NCBI GenBank assembly: GCA_025603075.1 | Contig: MU626258.1 | Location: 135,457 to 199,456 of the forward strand | Origin: Neoconidiobolus thromboides FSU 785 | Taxonomy: Eukaryota > Fungi > Entomophthoromycota | DNA: 64,000 nt | Direction: 5' to 3' | Part shown: piece by piece, positions 13,480 through 27,125 of the stretch | Numbering within the stretch: the stretch's first letter is position 1 | How the letters are laid out: each line of letters starts with the position of its first letter | The notes under the pieces: generated by a model | The model's database searches: none | Seen by the model: the letters and a program-made list of their open reading frames with translations, nothing else | Told to the model about the DNA's origin: nothing | Position numbers and translations under genes: made by a program

Positions 13480-14205
13480 CACCAATTTTTATATAAGAAC
13501 AAAATTATGATTTAATAAATTTATTACTTTTACCTATATTTCATTAATGAATTTTTAACTTATACAAAGCTACAATATCTAAATATAATTAATAGTAGAT
13601 AATCAGAAGGCCAAAAGTTCTTATAATAAATTTTATTTTTCTATATTTTGAATTAATGTAAATTTTGAACTAGAAATGCAATAGATAAACAATCATCAAT
13701 AATAAAAGTTCTTCAAGTGTTGTATAAAAACTCAGATATAAGCACACTTGTTCTTATTTCCGATCTATTTAGAAATATTTATTTTATGCCCTAAATATTG
13801 TTCATTTCTCAAGTTTAAAAATTGAAATAATTTAGGATAAAATTTTAATGAAAAAAACATCATCTACTGAGTTTACGTGAAGCAGTAACAAATTTTTATG
13901 AGTCTATCAAATGACTATCATGCTAACAAAAATAAATTTCATAAACTACAGAATTCAGATCAATTCGTTTTCCATTCTTTATACAATTTTCCTCCTTTTT
14001 TTACCTCCTCCTCCTATAGCCATTTACTTATCATTCGATTTTTATACTTTTACTTATCCCCAACAATAAACCACTTGGGAGTTTGTCTCCTTTAAAATTT
14101 TTAAAAAAGAAGCCACAGAATCATTCAAAACATCCTTTCATTAAAATATAAGCACATCATATATATGGATAGTAATTTTGATGATTTAATTTTTGATCTT
14201 AATAT

Positions 14206-14303
14206 GGGGATGTTTTTTTACGTTTGAGGATTTTACTAAGGATTTTTCCGCTCAAATAGTGTTAAAAGGTGGAAAAAGCAATGAAGCCAAAAAAAACACT
14301 CCC
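14206..14303 (+). mobile_element. MITE family M, copy 4
   Basis: GGGGATG...CACTCCC termini, ATAT/ATAT flanks. Confidence 0.92.
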
Positions 14304-16329
14304 ATATTTATTTTTATTAACGTTAGTTGTTCAGAAACATCACAAAAAGTGGTTTCAACTTGGGCCATTAGAAAGGAATTAGTAGATATCAGATAAACAC
14401 AATGTACCTATAGGACTTATAAAGTGTCACTCTTTTTATATAATACATACGTAGGCTTCTAATGAGGTTTTTTATAGAATGAATTCTTAATAACTTTTAC
14501 TATTAAAGATACCTATAACATTTTAGTTATATATTTGATCTATGAAATAATAATAAAGACTAACAATCGAATAATTTTATTTTTTAATAAAGGGTTTTAG
14601 ATGAATAAATAGTCTCAATAAAAATTCTTAAATAATTAATAATATTAATTTGAAAAATACAGAAGTTAATTATTAAATATACCATTTTATTAATTTACTA
14701 TGTATAGCAATTTTATTCCTTTGAAACATTCTTTCTATAATATTTAGAAATAACAGACAGTCTAATTATTTTGGGCATTATTGACTAGACTTTAACAAAA
14801 TTAAGTTATATATTGAATTAACTGATACAATTTGAATAGCTAAAAAGGGACTTAAATTACACATAAAAACAGTATCAAAGTCAAGACCAAAAAATGAGTT
14901 AAACTTTATACAACTCATCTTGTTTTTTTCAGATTAAATAAACTAAATGAGATTCATTTTAATAACCTAACGATTATTTTAAAACTAAAAACATTAGTTT
15001 AATGAGTCTTTAGAGGGGAAATCTTCCATTTCTAATAATAAATTACACTTTGTATTATCCATATTTTATTTATTATTTTAAGTATAGAGTTATTAATTTC
15101 AAGATACTTTTCAAATCGAATTAAATTTCTTAATTAGATCAAAAGTGTCTATATTTGTAACACTAAGAACAATTGGTAGTATGGTCTTTTTTTACACAAA
15201 ATCTTTTATTGTCAATAAAAAAAGATGTTATCTAATAGCTATTATTCGTCTATTGTATAACCATCAGACCCTTTAGATGCAAGGAATTGTATAATATTTT
15301 AAACTAAATTAAAACTCGATCTGCAGTTAAATTGAAGAGTAATTAATAAAAATTAATTTCTATTATTCTTAAAATAATTTTTTCAGCCTTAAAGTGCACC
15401 TATTGAAATAATAAATTATTTTTGGAACTCAGAGGTTTGAAAATTTTTACTACAAAACCCCATAGTTAATAGTATGATTGGAATTTAACTTTAAAATATT
15501 TCAAATAGGCTTTAACTTTGAGTTTGTTATTATTGCTAATTTCTGGAAAATTAATGTATTAACTTTATTTCATAAGCCAAAAAATATATATACATTTATT
15601 TAATAATTGAATTAATCACTATTTTACTTTTTTTTAGTTTAATTTTAAACTTTCATTTTAGTTTAATTTCTATTATTCATTGTTATTAACAGATCTTAAT
15701 AATTTATTCTATTTATTAATCGTATTTTTAAGGAAATAAGTATATTTAACCACAGTTTATACTATATTCACTAAAGTGTTTATAGTCAACAGATCTTCTA
15801 TTTTGCTAGAAACTTGGTCTTTGCTCTTAAGTTGTATATTACATGAAAAGTCAAAATTAACTACTTTTCTGTCAACTAATATTTCAAATTGAAATTGTTG
15901 GGAAAAAGCTGATGAATTTAATTGGGGATTACTATTCTAATGAAATAGTAAAACACTAATATTTTATGGAAATAGTAAAATTTTAATTAAAAAAATAAGC
16001 TGGGTAATTTGTACTACTAAAAAATATAAAATGTAAAAAAGGTTTAACATAGTTGAAATTAATAGTGAAGTAAACCCATTCATAAAGATACATCAATGAT
16101 ATAATCTAATATTAGGATCATTTGGACACTATTATACAAATTTAGAATATGTATAGATTTTTAATGTTCCAAATAGACTAATTTATATCACTTAATTTAC
16201 CAGAGAATTTTCTCGGCTTTACATTTTATTCATGAATAATTTGGGACTTAAAGATATAAATGAAAAAAACAACACTGTTTTTTAAATTTTATTTCTTTTT
16301 AAAAAATAATAATCTACTAGTATATAAAA

Positions 16330-17247
16330 ATGGAAGAACGTCTATCATACTTAGGGGAAGTACAAGATATATTGCTATCCAATGTGATTATTTTTATAGT
16401 ATCAATAATAGCCATTTTTCTAAATACCTTCTTACTTTTCTTAAACGCTAAAAGGCTGAGGTTTAGCTGGAGATCCGATAAATTGTTGATTTGTTTAATT
16501 TCTGTATTTGATTTGTTAGCTGCTTTATATATTTTTATTTTACAGGTAACTAAATGGAGTACTGGTTTAACATTAAAGGATGATTCTGAGTGGTGTCAAT
16601 CAAGTGCCATTTTCTTTTCTGCTTGTTCATTTTGTGCTTTGCTTTTAACTTCATTATTGTCAGTTGTAAGATATACTGTAATAGTCAAAAGGATACCATT
16701 TGAACCTGTTCTATTATATTTCGTAACTGGTTTTACAATAGTGAGTTCCTTTGCTGTATTTGTTGTAATTTCACAATTACATAATATAATCCCATTTCCA
16801 TCTGGATGGTATTGTCTACCATTGTTGGCTGAAACAAACACATCTTCAATTATTTATGCTATTTATTTAAGTATTGTATTTGTATCCACACTTGTTGTTT
16901 TACCAGTATGCTACTCACTCTTAGCCCTCCATTATAATAAAATAATTGAGGAAGTATATGGTACTAAATCATCTAAACCACCTATTGCTTTAAAGAGAAA
17001 TATAATAAGATTAATAATAATATTAGTGGCTTATTATATTCTCATATTTCCAGAGATGATAAATGTGATGCTTTCAATGGGATTCAAAATCGTAAGAACT
17101 GCTACTTCAGATGGTTTAACACTAACCTTATTATTCGGTACTTCTATTTTAAATCCATTGTTCGCTATGTTTCTACATGATGAGACAAGAGAAGAGTTGT
17201 ATGATTTGGTTGATACAAGTCAAAAATGGTTTCAATTATCTAAATAA
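16330..17247 (+). CDS. Seven-transmembrane receptor with rhodopsin/class-A GPCR-like motifs
   Basis: Seven hydrophobic segments. TM1 Asn (FLN), TM2 Asp (FDLL), Cys at the top of TM3 (WCQ), VRY at the end of TM3, Cys in ECL2 (WYCLP) and TM7 NP (ILNPLF). Confidence 0.8.
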   Translation: MEERLSYLGEVQDILLSNVIIFIVSIIAIFLNTFLLFLNAKRLRFSWRSDKLLICLISVFDLLAALYIFILQVTKWSTGLTLKDDSEWCQSSAIFFSACSFCALLLTSLLSVVRYTVIVKRIPFEPVLLYFVTGFTIVSSFAVFVVISQLHNIIPFPSGWYCLPLLAETNTSSIIYAIYLSIVFVSTLVVLPVCYSLLALHYNKIIEEVYGTKSSKPPIALKRNIIRLIIILVAYYILIFPEMINVMLSMGFKIVRTATSDGLTLTLLFGTSILNPLFAMFLHDETREELYDLVDTSQKWFQLSK

Positions 17248-17580
17248 AGTATATCATGATATATATATAATAACATTTTATTGCCTTATAGTATACTTTT
17301 TGCAATAGCTTATTTCGTCCCATTTTACTTCACCAAAATAAATTCGTTTTTAATTCTAATTAAATTTAAATTGATTTAAACTTGTATATTTAATTCTTAT
17401 TTTCAATCACCTGGTTTAACATCGAATCAGCGATTTTCCATACAGAAAATCCTAAAGTGAGATTTTTGGTCAATTAACAATGATATATCATAGCACTATT
17501 TCAATGTATGGATCAAATTTACATGGTTTTTCAGACTTGAATTTTACATAATAGTATCATTTGTAGATGAAACTAAATTT

Positions 17581-17677
17581 GGGGATATATTTTTTTGTTT
17601 AAGAATTTTACTACCAAGTTTTCTACTCAAATAGCGCTTAAAAGATGGAAAAATAATGAAGCCAAAAAAACACTCCC
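17581..17677 (+). mobile_element. MITE family M, copy 5
   Basis: GGGGATAT...CACTCCC termini, non-palindromic ATTT/ATTT direct flanks. Confidence 0.92.
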
Positions 17678-18034
17678 ATTTGTTAAAGTGAGTTCTATAA
17701 AACTGCACAAAAGTAAAAGGTAACTTTCTATATATAGCTCATTTCAATCTGAACCTTGTTTTTTATCAAATCAGATAAAACTTATTTATTGATAGTTAAT
17801 ACATTTGGACATCAGTTTCTAAAATAGTCAAATTTTGAAAATTAATTAATGGAGTTAAAGATTAACAGATTAATTAAATAGAACCTTAATGATAATTTTT
17901 TCTACTTTTAAGTACTCTCGTATGGATCAAATCTGGTTAACATAAGAGCTTTTTATACTTTATATAGATTGCTATTCTTTGTAGTTTCAAAAGATAGAAC
18001 TTTGATACTCGATTTATTACAATTTACATCATAT

Positions 18035-18131
18035 AGGATATATTTTTTTGTTTAGGAATTTCACTAGCAAGTTTTTCTACCTAAATAGTGCTTAAAAACA
18101 GGAAGAAAATAATGAAACCAAAAAAACACCC
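18035..18131 (+). mobile_element. MITE family M, copy 6
   Basis: AGGATAT...CACCC termini; shares diagnostic variants with copy 5. Confidence 0.88.
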
Positions 18132-18534
18132 AAATATGCCATTTTTAATCCAATACTCTTTTATAGCAAAAAATTGCTTTAGTAACTTTTTTTTAAATAT
18201 TTAATATTATATATGACAAAGACTTAAAGGTTATTACAAATATCACTTAAATATCACTTTTTTCAATCAAATGTCTGATTATCTAAATTAAAAATGAATT
18301 TACTATAATTATATTGCGTTATCTAAGATTTTGGTATAACATAATAAAAATGAAAAATGAAAATTCAACTTAAAATATTTAAATTATATCATGTCCACTA
18401 AAGTGAAATTAAATTAAAAGCATCTTATATTGCATATTTTTCAAATTTATATAACAAAGAAAATAGTTTTAAGTTGATGAATAAATCTATTTATTAATTT
18501 AAGTTAATAAAAAACAGCTAGATTTTTTTCTATT

Positions 18535-21500
18535 CTAGTTAGCAGTTACTGGAGGAGTTTTTGATTTTTTCTTTTTTAAATTTTTGTTTTTGTTTTTACC
18601 TGATCCATCGATATATTTGACAAGGTAGTCAACTGGTAAGTGACCTTTGGATCCTCCTTCCTCTTTTTCTTTACTTTCCTTTAATCGTTCTTCTTCTTGC
18701 TTTAATAATGCCTTTTGTTTTTGTACTAATTGACGATATTCAGGGGTCTTTTCAAGCTTCTCTTGACGTGCTGATTTAACCGCATGGAAAGTATATTCTT
18801 GAAGAGCTTGGGTACTGCGAAGGGTAAGGTTCTTATCAGCTCCAAGTACTTTAGTGAATATTTCGTTCGTTGCTTTCTCGAGAGCAATAGCTGTTTTAAA
18901 GTCTCCCTTTTCAGCATAGATACTTGCAAGCGCATGTTGGCTGGATCATGATAAATAAGAATAACTATAAAATAAAAAAATAATTACCATCTAGCAAATT
19001 GGAAATCTTCAGTTCCGACAATAGCTTCAAGTACTTTAAGAGCACGTTGGTAAAAAGAAGTAGCAAGGTCAAGTTGCTTATATTTTTGGAAAATACCGCC
19101 AAGGTTAAACTAAAATAATTAATATATATATATATAATAAACATATGATTCATACGTCAATAAAGGCCATATTAATATTTGGAATGTCATAGATAGTATA
19201 CCATCTGTCTAATGCAAATCTTATATATTTAAGACCTTCATCTGCCCTTCCGAATGATAAAAGGAAGAACCCATATTGAATCTAAAAATATTAATATTAA
19301 CATATAAGGTCATGAAAGATAATTACATAAGATTGAATAGTTTCTGGATGATCAATTCCTAAAGAACGTTCACATATTATCAATGATTTCTTTTGATACT
19401 CTTCTGCTTGCGCTGTATTATCCATTATTGAGTGAACGCTAGCGATATTTGCATAACAGTGAGCAGTATCTGGGTGAATGGTTCCGAAAATTTGCTCAAA
19501 AAAGTTAATCGATTCAGTCATGTGTTCTAAACCAAGTGGACGATGACCATCGTTAAATATATTGCGTCCACCTTCAAGGATATCTTCAGGATAAGTTGGA
19601 GGTATTAAAGTATGCTTAAGTTTGGGTACAACTGCAACAACATCTGATTCTTTGAAAATTGGTTCAGTAGGAGATGAGGCCCCATTTGTTACTGGAGTTT
19701 GCTTTGGTTGGCCGTTTAAAGTGAAATCTCTTGCATTGAGCTGAATACCCATTACTAAACATATTTCACGTAATAAGGTTCTTTTAGATATATCGTGGAA
19801 TTGTTCAGTGGTAGCCTTGTATCTAAATCTTGTAGAAATGATATTTAAAATGGTTTCTAATAAAGATTTTTGCTCAAGTTTTTGATACAAGTAATCTTCA
19901 CCGTTTATCTTTTTTTGTTTAGATGGTTCTGGTTGTACAGGTGAGAATAATAAGTTTAAGAATGTAGAGATACAATCGCCAACTAAAGTCAATGGTACTT
20001 CTGAAAGAGCTTTACGGAAAACGTGTTTGATGGCACGAACAAACATTTCAATAATAAACAATTGTTTAGCAACTTTACAGCGTGCATTTTCAGATTCACC
20101 AAGCATAGTACATATTTTACCAATATATCTGATGTTAATACCTTTAGAATGTAAGTATTTTGTTAATGCATTACTATCAGATAATATTAAACTATCGGAA
20201 ATATCTGTTATTAAGCTTGAGATTTCAACATTAAGGATGTAATTTGATGCTTCACGAACAACTTCCTCATCAGCCTTAACCTTTTCTGCAAACTTTCCTT
20301 CACGTGCAATAGGAAGATCAGTAAAAACATCGGGGTTGAAGTTAAGTTTATACTCTTTTCTTAATTCTTCTTCACGTTGTAATCTCTCTTCAAAGGTTTC
20401 TTTTAATTCAGCTTGATCAACTTCGCCTTTTTCATTCTTCTTGACTACAATTTCATCTAGTTTTTCTTTTTTATAGATTGAAAATTTGTGTTCCCAGAAG
20501 CGTGCAAGTAATTCAGGTCTCAGTAAGGTAAGGGAATGAGGGTATTCGTTAAATATATCCTTTTCTTTAGTAGCAGTTTCTTGGAAAGAAATGTCAACAG
20601 GGAAAAGACGATGGAGATCAACAAGATAATGTCTTCCTTCAGTGCCCAATATGCCCTTAGTATCAACTGAGAGATTAAGCTCTATTTCTTGATCATTCTC
20701 TAAAACAGTATGTGGGGCAAGGTGAAGCTTTTCTGAAACTTGGGATGCAAGTTCGTGAAATTTTTCGTCTGTAATAATACCTTTTTCTGAACCTGTGGCA
20801 CCATATCGAATCATCTCATGCATACGGAAAAGACCAGGAATAATAGCTTGAACGATATAACGCTCACCTCTATAATCAATAATAACTGAACCAAATACAT
20901 AAAGGTCTTTTAAACCTAAAGAGTTCAATATCTTAACACCTTGAATGTCCTTACTAGTAGCAACATAGGCAGCTTCATCACCACCATAGGAGTCAAATTG
21001 TTCAGTAGAATCATAAGGTCTTGTGATGAAAAGATTATTTAATGCCCACATATAGCCTTCTGGACCATCAGTAGGGTTTAAAGGCATTAAATTGCCTTCT
21101 GAAACTAAAACGATGGCTTGAATAGCTGATTCATAAAAATCAGAATAAGTTTTTGATAAAGCACGGTCACGGAGTGATTTTTCTTGTAGTGAATTATATG
21201 GTAACTCTGTAAGTACTTGGATCTCTTCGTTCCAATCTCTCAAACCTTCAGCAGCTTCTGTCCCCTTTGAAAGATATGGCTCGGTAGTGCGGGAAATATC
21301 ATAAGTGTGGGATTGGGGAGTGACTAGCCAAGGATATATAATATTTTGAGTGTTAGCGGGTATAGCTTGCATAATTTCAGAAGAAAGGAGTATTTGTTGA
21401 ATTTTGGATAATCCAGAACGGAATTGAGGTGAGAGTTTTTGCAATAAATGTACTAAAGAGTGGGCTTGATTACTGTGAGCTGGAGCCTTTGGGGTTGGGT

Positions 21501-22528
21501 CAAAATGTTCAGTTGTTGAGTTATTAACGTAAAAACCTTCAGTATTTGATGTAATTTCATAGGTTTTACCCTCTAAAGTGGTAATAGCAAGGTAAAAGAA
21601 GTCGCCTAAAATTTTTTAGTTATTATCCAAATATTAATCAATGTATATACCTTTTAATTTACGAGTAGGTGGCACTGGGCACCAGCCAGAGAAATCAAAT
21701 AGTTTCAAACATTTAGGAGCAGTTGGTGGAGGACAAACCGGTAAATGTGTATCAAGTGAAATATAAGGATGTTCAAAATCATAATCAACAAATGCGTGAG
21801 CGGTCAAAGTAGTAGGTGCCTTGGATTCTTTACTTTCCTTTTTCTTTGATTTCTTCTTTTGGGATCCTTTATTAAAATTAGACAACGTTGTTTTTCTTGG
21901 CAAAAAAAATTACCTGGTACAATACTTTGAAAGCAGGTAGCGTTTTCATCATAACCCAATTTTGCTCCTGATTTTTGATAGCACAATAGCAATTCTTTGA
22001 GTCTCATAATATGAAGTCTGGCCTCACGATCAGTATAAGTATCTATTATTAAATTAATACAAAAAAATATAGAATCTTAATTGTTATACCTTGCTTTAAA
22101 TAAATTTCAGGATTTTCCTTAAGACCTTCAATAGTCGAAATTTCTTGATAATCTTCTAATCTCTTACCATTATGCTCCATATAAAAGCATGAGAAATAAT
22201 AAGTGAAAGGGTTTTCACTTATATTTTGGCGTAAATCAGTTGTATTATCAGTAAGGGCTACCTAGAAATAACAGTGAATATTACTTAAATCATGATTGCT
22301 ATGCTTTCTTACCCTAACTTTAATCTTGTGTGGCTCATGAGGTAAAATAACGGTTAACTGTAAGATATCTATTTAAACAATAATTCAACAAATCCGTTTT
22401 TAAACATTAAGCTTTTTACCTATTGAGGCTTCTTCATTGTTAAATTCTTGGTCTACTTCCTCGTTTTTCACAACGCTTGGGTTTACTTCCAAGTTTTTTG
22501 GGTCTTGCTCAACCTTTTCAATTGACAT
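18535..22528 (-). CDS. CLU1: Clustered mitochondria protein CLU1/TIF31 (multi-exon)
   Basis: Contains GLRDWNEEIQ, GGDEAAYVATSKDI, IIDYRGERYIVQAIIPG, GTEGRHYLVDLHRLFP, LRPEL and HSKGINIRYIGK, a TPR-like C-terminus, and KGHLPVDYLVKYIDG before the stop. The N-terminal exons were read by hand from the ATG at 22528. Confidence 0.93.
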
Positions 22529-23768
22529 TCTACCACACTTGATTAGGAATTTGTTCGAAAGTAAAATTTCTAAAATGTTTTTTGTGCTTACTTTAAATTT
22601 CTAAAATAAATTGATTATAATGAATTATAATTGTAGTCCTTTAGAACCTATTCTATTTTCTAAACTCTCTTTTTTTAAAATAAAATAAGAGCTAATTTAG
22701 TTACGCAACTATATAAGTCCCTTTGAGTTTGGTAATTTTTGATTTTTTTAAATTCAATCCAAACTTATGATTGGCTGGAGATGCTTTCCCGATCTTCTTT
22801 AATTTTTATTAACCACAGCTTCTAATTGGTATAGCACTTTTGGGGCTTGTTCTAAGAAATTTATCCAATAAAATTGGTTATAAGCATTGTTAAAAAAGCT
22901 AGTAATAGTTTATTACTTAAAGTCAATAAGTTTTACCCTTCCGGGAAAACATGATTCTTAATACATGAAGGCCAGTGTTGGGATTGAAGTCACTTTGGGC
23001 TATTATAGTCCACCTGAAGCTTGGTTTTTAATCCTTATTTTGTACTTTGCACTTTAGGATATTTTCTTGTACCGTTATTTACTAGTTTTGTTTTTATTAA
23101 AGTAGACGGGCATTAAAAAATTAAGGGTTTAATTCCAATCAAATGTACTTAGAATATCAAAACATCGCATTTGAAATTTACTTTCAAAAATAGGAGCTAA
23201 ATTCTTAGTGAAATGAATTTGAGTTTAAATTATTGCTGCCAATAATTTTAAAAGATCATATTTAGACAGTATTTTAATTTATGTTACAAAAAAAATATTA
23301 AGTATAATGAACTTAGTTTAAAGCTTTATCAAATTTTCTTGGTTATCAAGGGATTTAATCCTAGCTTTTAACCTATTGTAATATTATAATCTACTATATC
23401 TTTATTATAAAAGAAACTAAATGGGATGTTAAAAATAAATCTAGTTTTTAGCTATCTATATTAGTTTGTGCTCTATCGTGCTTAAAACTAATTAGATGAT
23501 GCTAATGAAATGAATTCACATTGAACTTTACAATAAAAAAACATGGAATCGACTATGTAAATATGAAATACTTTGAATTCAATATATGCTTTATTGTAAT
23601 TCCAAACTTTGCTTTCGATTGAAATCATTAAAATGATACATGTTCAACTATTTTCATTAAAATCAATATAAAAAGCGATAATTTGAAACAGTTGTGTTCT
23701 TACATTATTATTTAATTTAAAAAGCTGCTCTGATCCATTTTTATTTTGACTCTTTAACAAAGTATAGT

Positions 23769-24428
23769 CTATTTTTTTGCGAACTTATGTTTTTCTTTTT
23801 GCGCAAACTGCGTCATTGGTTTCCCACTATTGATGACCCCCACTTTTGAATTGGGATTATCCGCTGTTGAAAACATGGATTTTTGACTTACCGCCCGATT
23901 TTTAATACTCTTTTTGTTACTGAATTTCAACCAAGCATCCTGTTTTTTCTTTTGCTCTACCTCCATTTTTGATGGGCCCTCTGATTTTGGTACAATCTTT
24001 CTTTTTTTTTTCTTCTTACGTTCTTCATCATTCTCATTACTTGGCTCTGGCCTGTTGGCTTGTGGAACAAATACTTTCAAATCTTCCGGGCTATATACTT
24101 CCACATTATTATAACCTACAAATATAACTGAATATTTGACCTCCCCACTTTCATTCGATTTTGCTGATACCACTGCTTCATAAAATTCTCCATCCTCTGC
24201 CCATTTAGCTAAACAGTGGTCCCCAATCTCAAACTTTGGTACCGCTTTTTTACTTTCTGTTTTTTTAACATTACTAGTTTGAGCGTCCAATACGCTTTTA
24301 GTCAGTGAAATTAACTCAATCAGGTCTTTTTTCAAATTTTCTAACTCTGGATTATCTGGATCCTTCGAGATTGCCAAGTTTACTTGTTCTAGTTGAATAT
24401 TATAGGATTCTAACTCTTCTGGTGTCAT
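23769..24428 (-). CDS. SPF30: Tudor-domain splicing factor SPF30/SMNDC1
   Basis: N-terminal LESYNIQLEQVNLAISKDPDN, Tudor domain (GDHCLAKWAEDGEFYEAVV...FVGYNN) and C-terminal SMFST...SKVGV...GKPMT. Confidence 0.9.
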   Translation of the reverse strand: MTPEELESYNIQLEQVNLAISKDPDNPELENLKKDLIELISLTKSVLDAQTSNVKKTESKKAVPKFEIGDHCLAKWAEDGEFYEAVVSAKSNESGEVKYSVIFVGYNNVEVYSPEDLKVFVPQANRPEPSNENDEERKKKKKRKIVPKSEGPSKMEVEQKKKQDAWLKFSNKKSIKNRAVSQKSMFSTADNPNSKVGVINSGKPMTQFAQKEKHKFAKK

Positions 24429-24913
24429 TGATTGTGGTTAGTTGATGTTAAAAGTAATAAAGTGGGTTTTTATTTTTTGAACAGTAAATTTCATTGATTC
24501 TTATTCTCATGAGATATTAAATTAAATTTTGATTGGCTCTCTTAAGATTTATTCATCATGTTTATAAATCTCACAATTTAGTATAAGAGAATTTAGATTT
24601 TATTAGACCATGGATTAGATAATAAATAATTATTATTTTTTAAAGTAGTTTCGTCTTAAGGGTTAAATAACTCAATTTTTAAAAGCTTATATGGAATTTA
24701 TTATCTTATCTGAGGCCTTCGCCTTCATGTTTATTATAGGATAGTCAACACTGTTTAAAAACTATCTTTATTTAAACTAAAAACTAGTCAAAGAATTGAA
24801 GCGATTTTGTTTTAACCTATCCAACTTCACTTGCCTGATTTTGCAAAAAAAGTGAGTTTAACTCAAAATCAAACTAAAATTGACTTTGTCTTTTAATTTA
24901 TTAATACTCAAAA

Positions 24914-25561
24914 ATGGATCGTATTTCTCAATTACAAGATGGAGTTGATCAAGTATTTTTTATCCGTTTCAACTACCATTAAAATTAACCTGAGAAACTT
25001 TACAAAGCTACTTTACATGCTAATCACCAGTATTGACTACTTAAGCTCTACCGCTCCGTTTATGAGTACTAACGAAGATGTACCAATCACTCAAAATAAT
25101 CGTAAATTGATTAAATATATATTGTAATGCTTTTTAACCCTGTTTCTAAGCAAATTTCATAAGTCAAGAGGAGCTAGAAAGTAAGAGATATAAAAACTGA
25201 ACAAAAATTGACAATTTAATGTGTATTAGATTCTAAAAGAGAGCTAGCAAAAAGCATTGTTCGACGAATTAAAGATAACGATGAACTAATAATGTCTTTG
25301 CCTCAGTCTAAAACAAGCAGTGTTCAAAAAGTAATAAGATAAAAATGGTGAAAATAAATTCTAATTCTAATTTATAGAGTGAGTTAGTAGACTTAAAAAA
25401 ACAAAATGGGGTTGATTTTGAGGATTTAATGACCTATGTCCATGATTTAGGTAATCGCTATATAATTACCACTATTTGTAGCTAATTCGCAATTCATAGA
25501 AAAAGTAAGTGATGACATAACAGCTGCCTTAGATGATATTGAATCTGATTTACTTGCATAA
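24914..25561 (+). CDS. MED21: Mediator subunit MED21/SRB7 (about 6 exons), mis-framed in the ORF track
   Basis: Hand-spliced MDRISQLQDGVDQ|LLYMLITSIDYL...ELAKSIVRRIKDNDELIMSLP...ITAALDDIESDLLA*. It matches the Med21 N-terminal DRLTQLQD motif and the LIxSLP motif. Confidence 0.8.
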
Positions 25562-25626
25562 ATTATTTAAATAAAAGATAAAAACAAAAACTAATTGGAA
25601 TTATGTTTATTTATAAAAGAATACAT

Positions 25627-26034
25627 TTATAAACGATCTCTTGAGTATCTAATATAACGTTAATCGCTTTTCTAATATAAACAAATTAAAACTTACGATT
25701 TTGGGAAATCTTTGCTAATTGAGAACATTTTAATATTGGTATCTTGGTCAACGTTTTGCCATGGATGAGGATTGTTTTTTCTGTTATTATTTATTAAACT
25801 CAAAATTTTATACTTTGCTATGACTGTTTACCTATCCCATACAACATCAACTCCACGGGCTAAACGGGAAACATACCAGCCGGCACCCCCTAAGGCACCA
25901 CCAATGATAACTACAATTGGTAAAACCTAAACCCAATTTTAAATATTGTTTAATATATATCATCAATTTACTATTACCTCAAGACGGTACCAAGTTTGTA
26001 AAAAAGTTTTTTTAGCGAGATGAGAAGCAGCCAT
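25627..26034 (-). CDS. NDUFA4: NDUFA4/MLRQ-like small mitochondrial membrane protein (4 exons), missed by the ORF track
   Basis: Hand-spliced MAASHLAKKTFLQTWYRLE|VLPIVVIIGGALGGAGWYVSRLARGVDVVWDR|KNNPHPWQNV...; the DVVWDRKNNPHPW motif is characteristic of the family. Confidence 0.85.
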
Positions 26035-27125
26035 TGAAGGGATTAAGAAACAAAAAAGTAGAGAAGGTAAACTAAAAAAATTTATTTACTTGGTCTGAAC
26101 TTATATATCTTCAATACACACTCTCATTGGTATTTTAAGTATAAGTTATTCCTTAGTAATAGCTTAACCTACAGTTCCAGCATGGTGGTTAAATTAAGTG
26201 TTTACATTAAGAGTAATTTATTTAATTTGGGCATCGAACCAATGAAAGGCAATGGCTTGAGCTAAGCTTATGGGATTTAGTTAAATTTAGCCACTTTTTT
26301 TATCGATTTTAATTCAGATACCATCAAGAATTTTAACTTAAATTTAGGCCTGAGCTTGATATCTTCTTTAATGTTACCACTTTATGCAAAGTTAGTAATA
26401 CTCCACTTTTCAATTGAATATTATGCAAAGTTATTTTAATAAAAACTAAAATATTTCATCCCCTATTTTTTTATTACTATGATTTTTCATTACTTGCCAA
26501 CTTGAAACCGTAAAATTTTAAATTAAACCATCTAAAATTTTCTTTCTAAGTTTGGCGCTTAAAATGAGGACTGCGTTTATTTAACTTTAAATAAATATGC
26601 TAAATTTCAATTTCAGGAGTAGCAACTGTTTGAATTAGATTTACTTAAATCCTATTTCTTATATTAAATAAATTTAAGATAAGATTTATAAAGAGAGTAA
26701 TAACAGTTAATAAAGATCATGATTACAAAATAATAAGTCTGAAAGTTTAATAGGCTCTTTATTTTTGTTTTATTTAATAAATTCGAATGCTTTTTGAGTC
26801 ATGTTTTTTAGAGTGATAGACATAAACTGCTGCTCATTTTAATTATATGATAGGTAGTGATAACTATGAATTTTAGTCTGTTTCTTTTTAACTATAAATA
26901 ACGAAAAGATTAATTTCCATCCTTAATGAATGGAAAATTTTTAACGTACTACTAAGAATTGAACAAGGGATAAATTTTACTTGATAACTTTTGAGTCTTA
27001 CATCATCTTAAAGAGCATTAAGATCAGAATTAAGGGATAAAAAATACAATTGGTGGCATTAAAGATATATAAATAAAAAAAGGGTGAATTTGATTCTATT
27101 TTTTTATTCATTGTTATTGAAAAAG

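Noticed and set aside
14193-14396. 67-aa track ORF MILIWGCFF...
   Set aside because: It starts at a TTG and runs through MITE copy 4, so it is a chance reading frame.
22935-23060. GC-richer island upstream of CLU1, considered as a C/D snoRNA or RNase MRP
   Set aside because: The box C has two mismatches, I recognise no rRNA-complementary guide, and the P4 partner for GAAGTCACT is missing.
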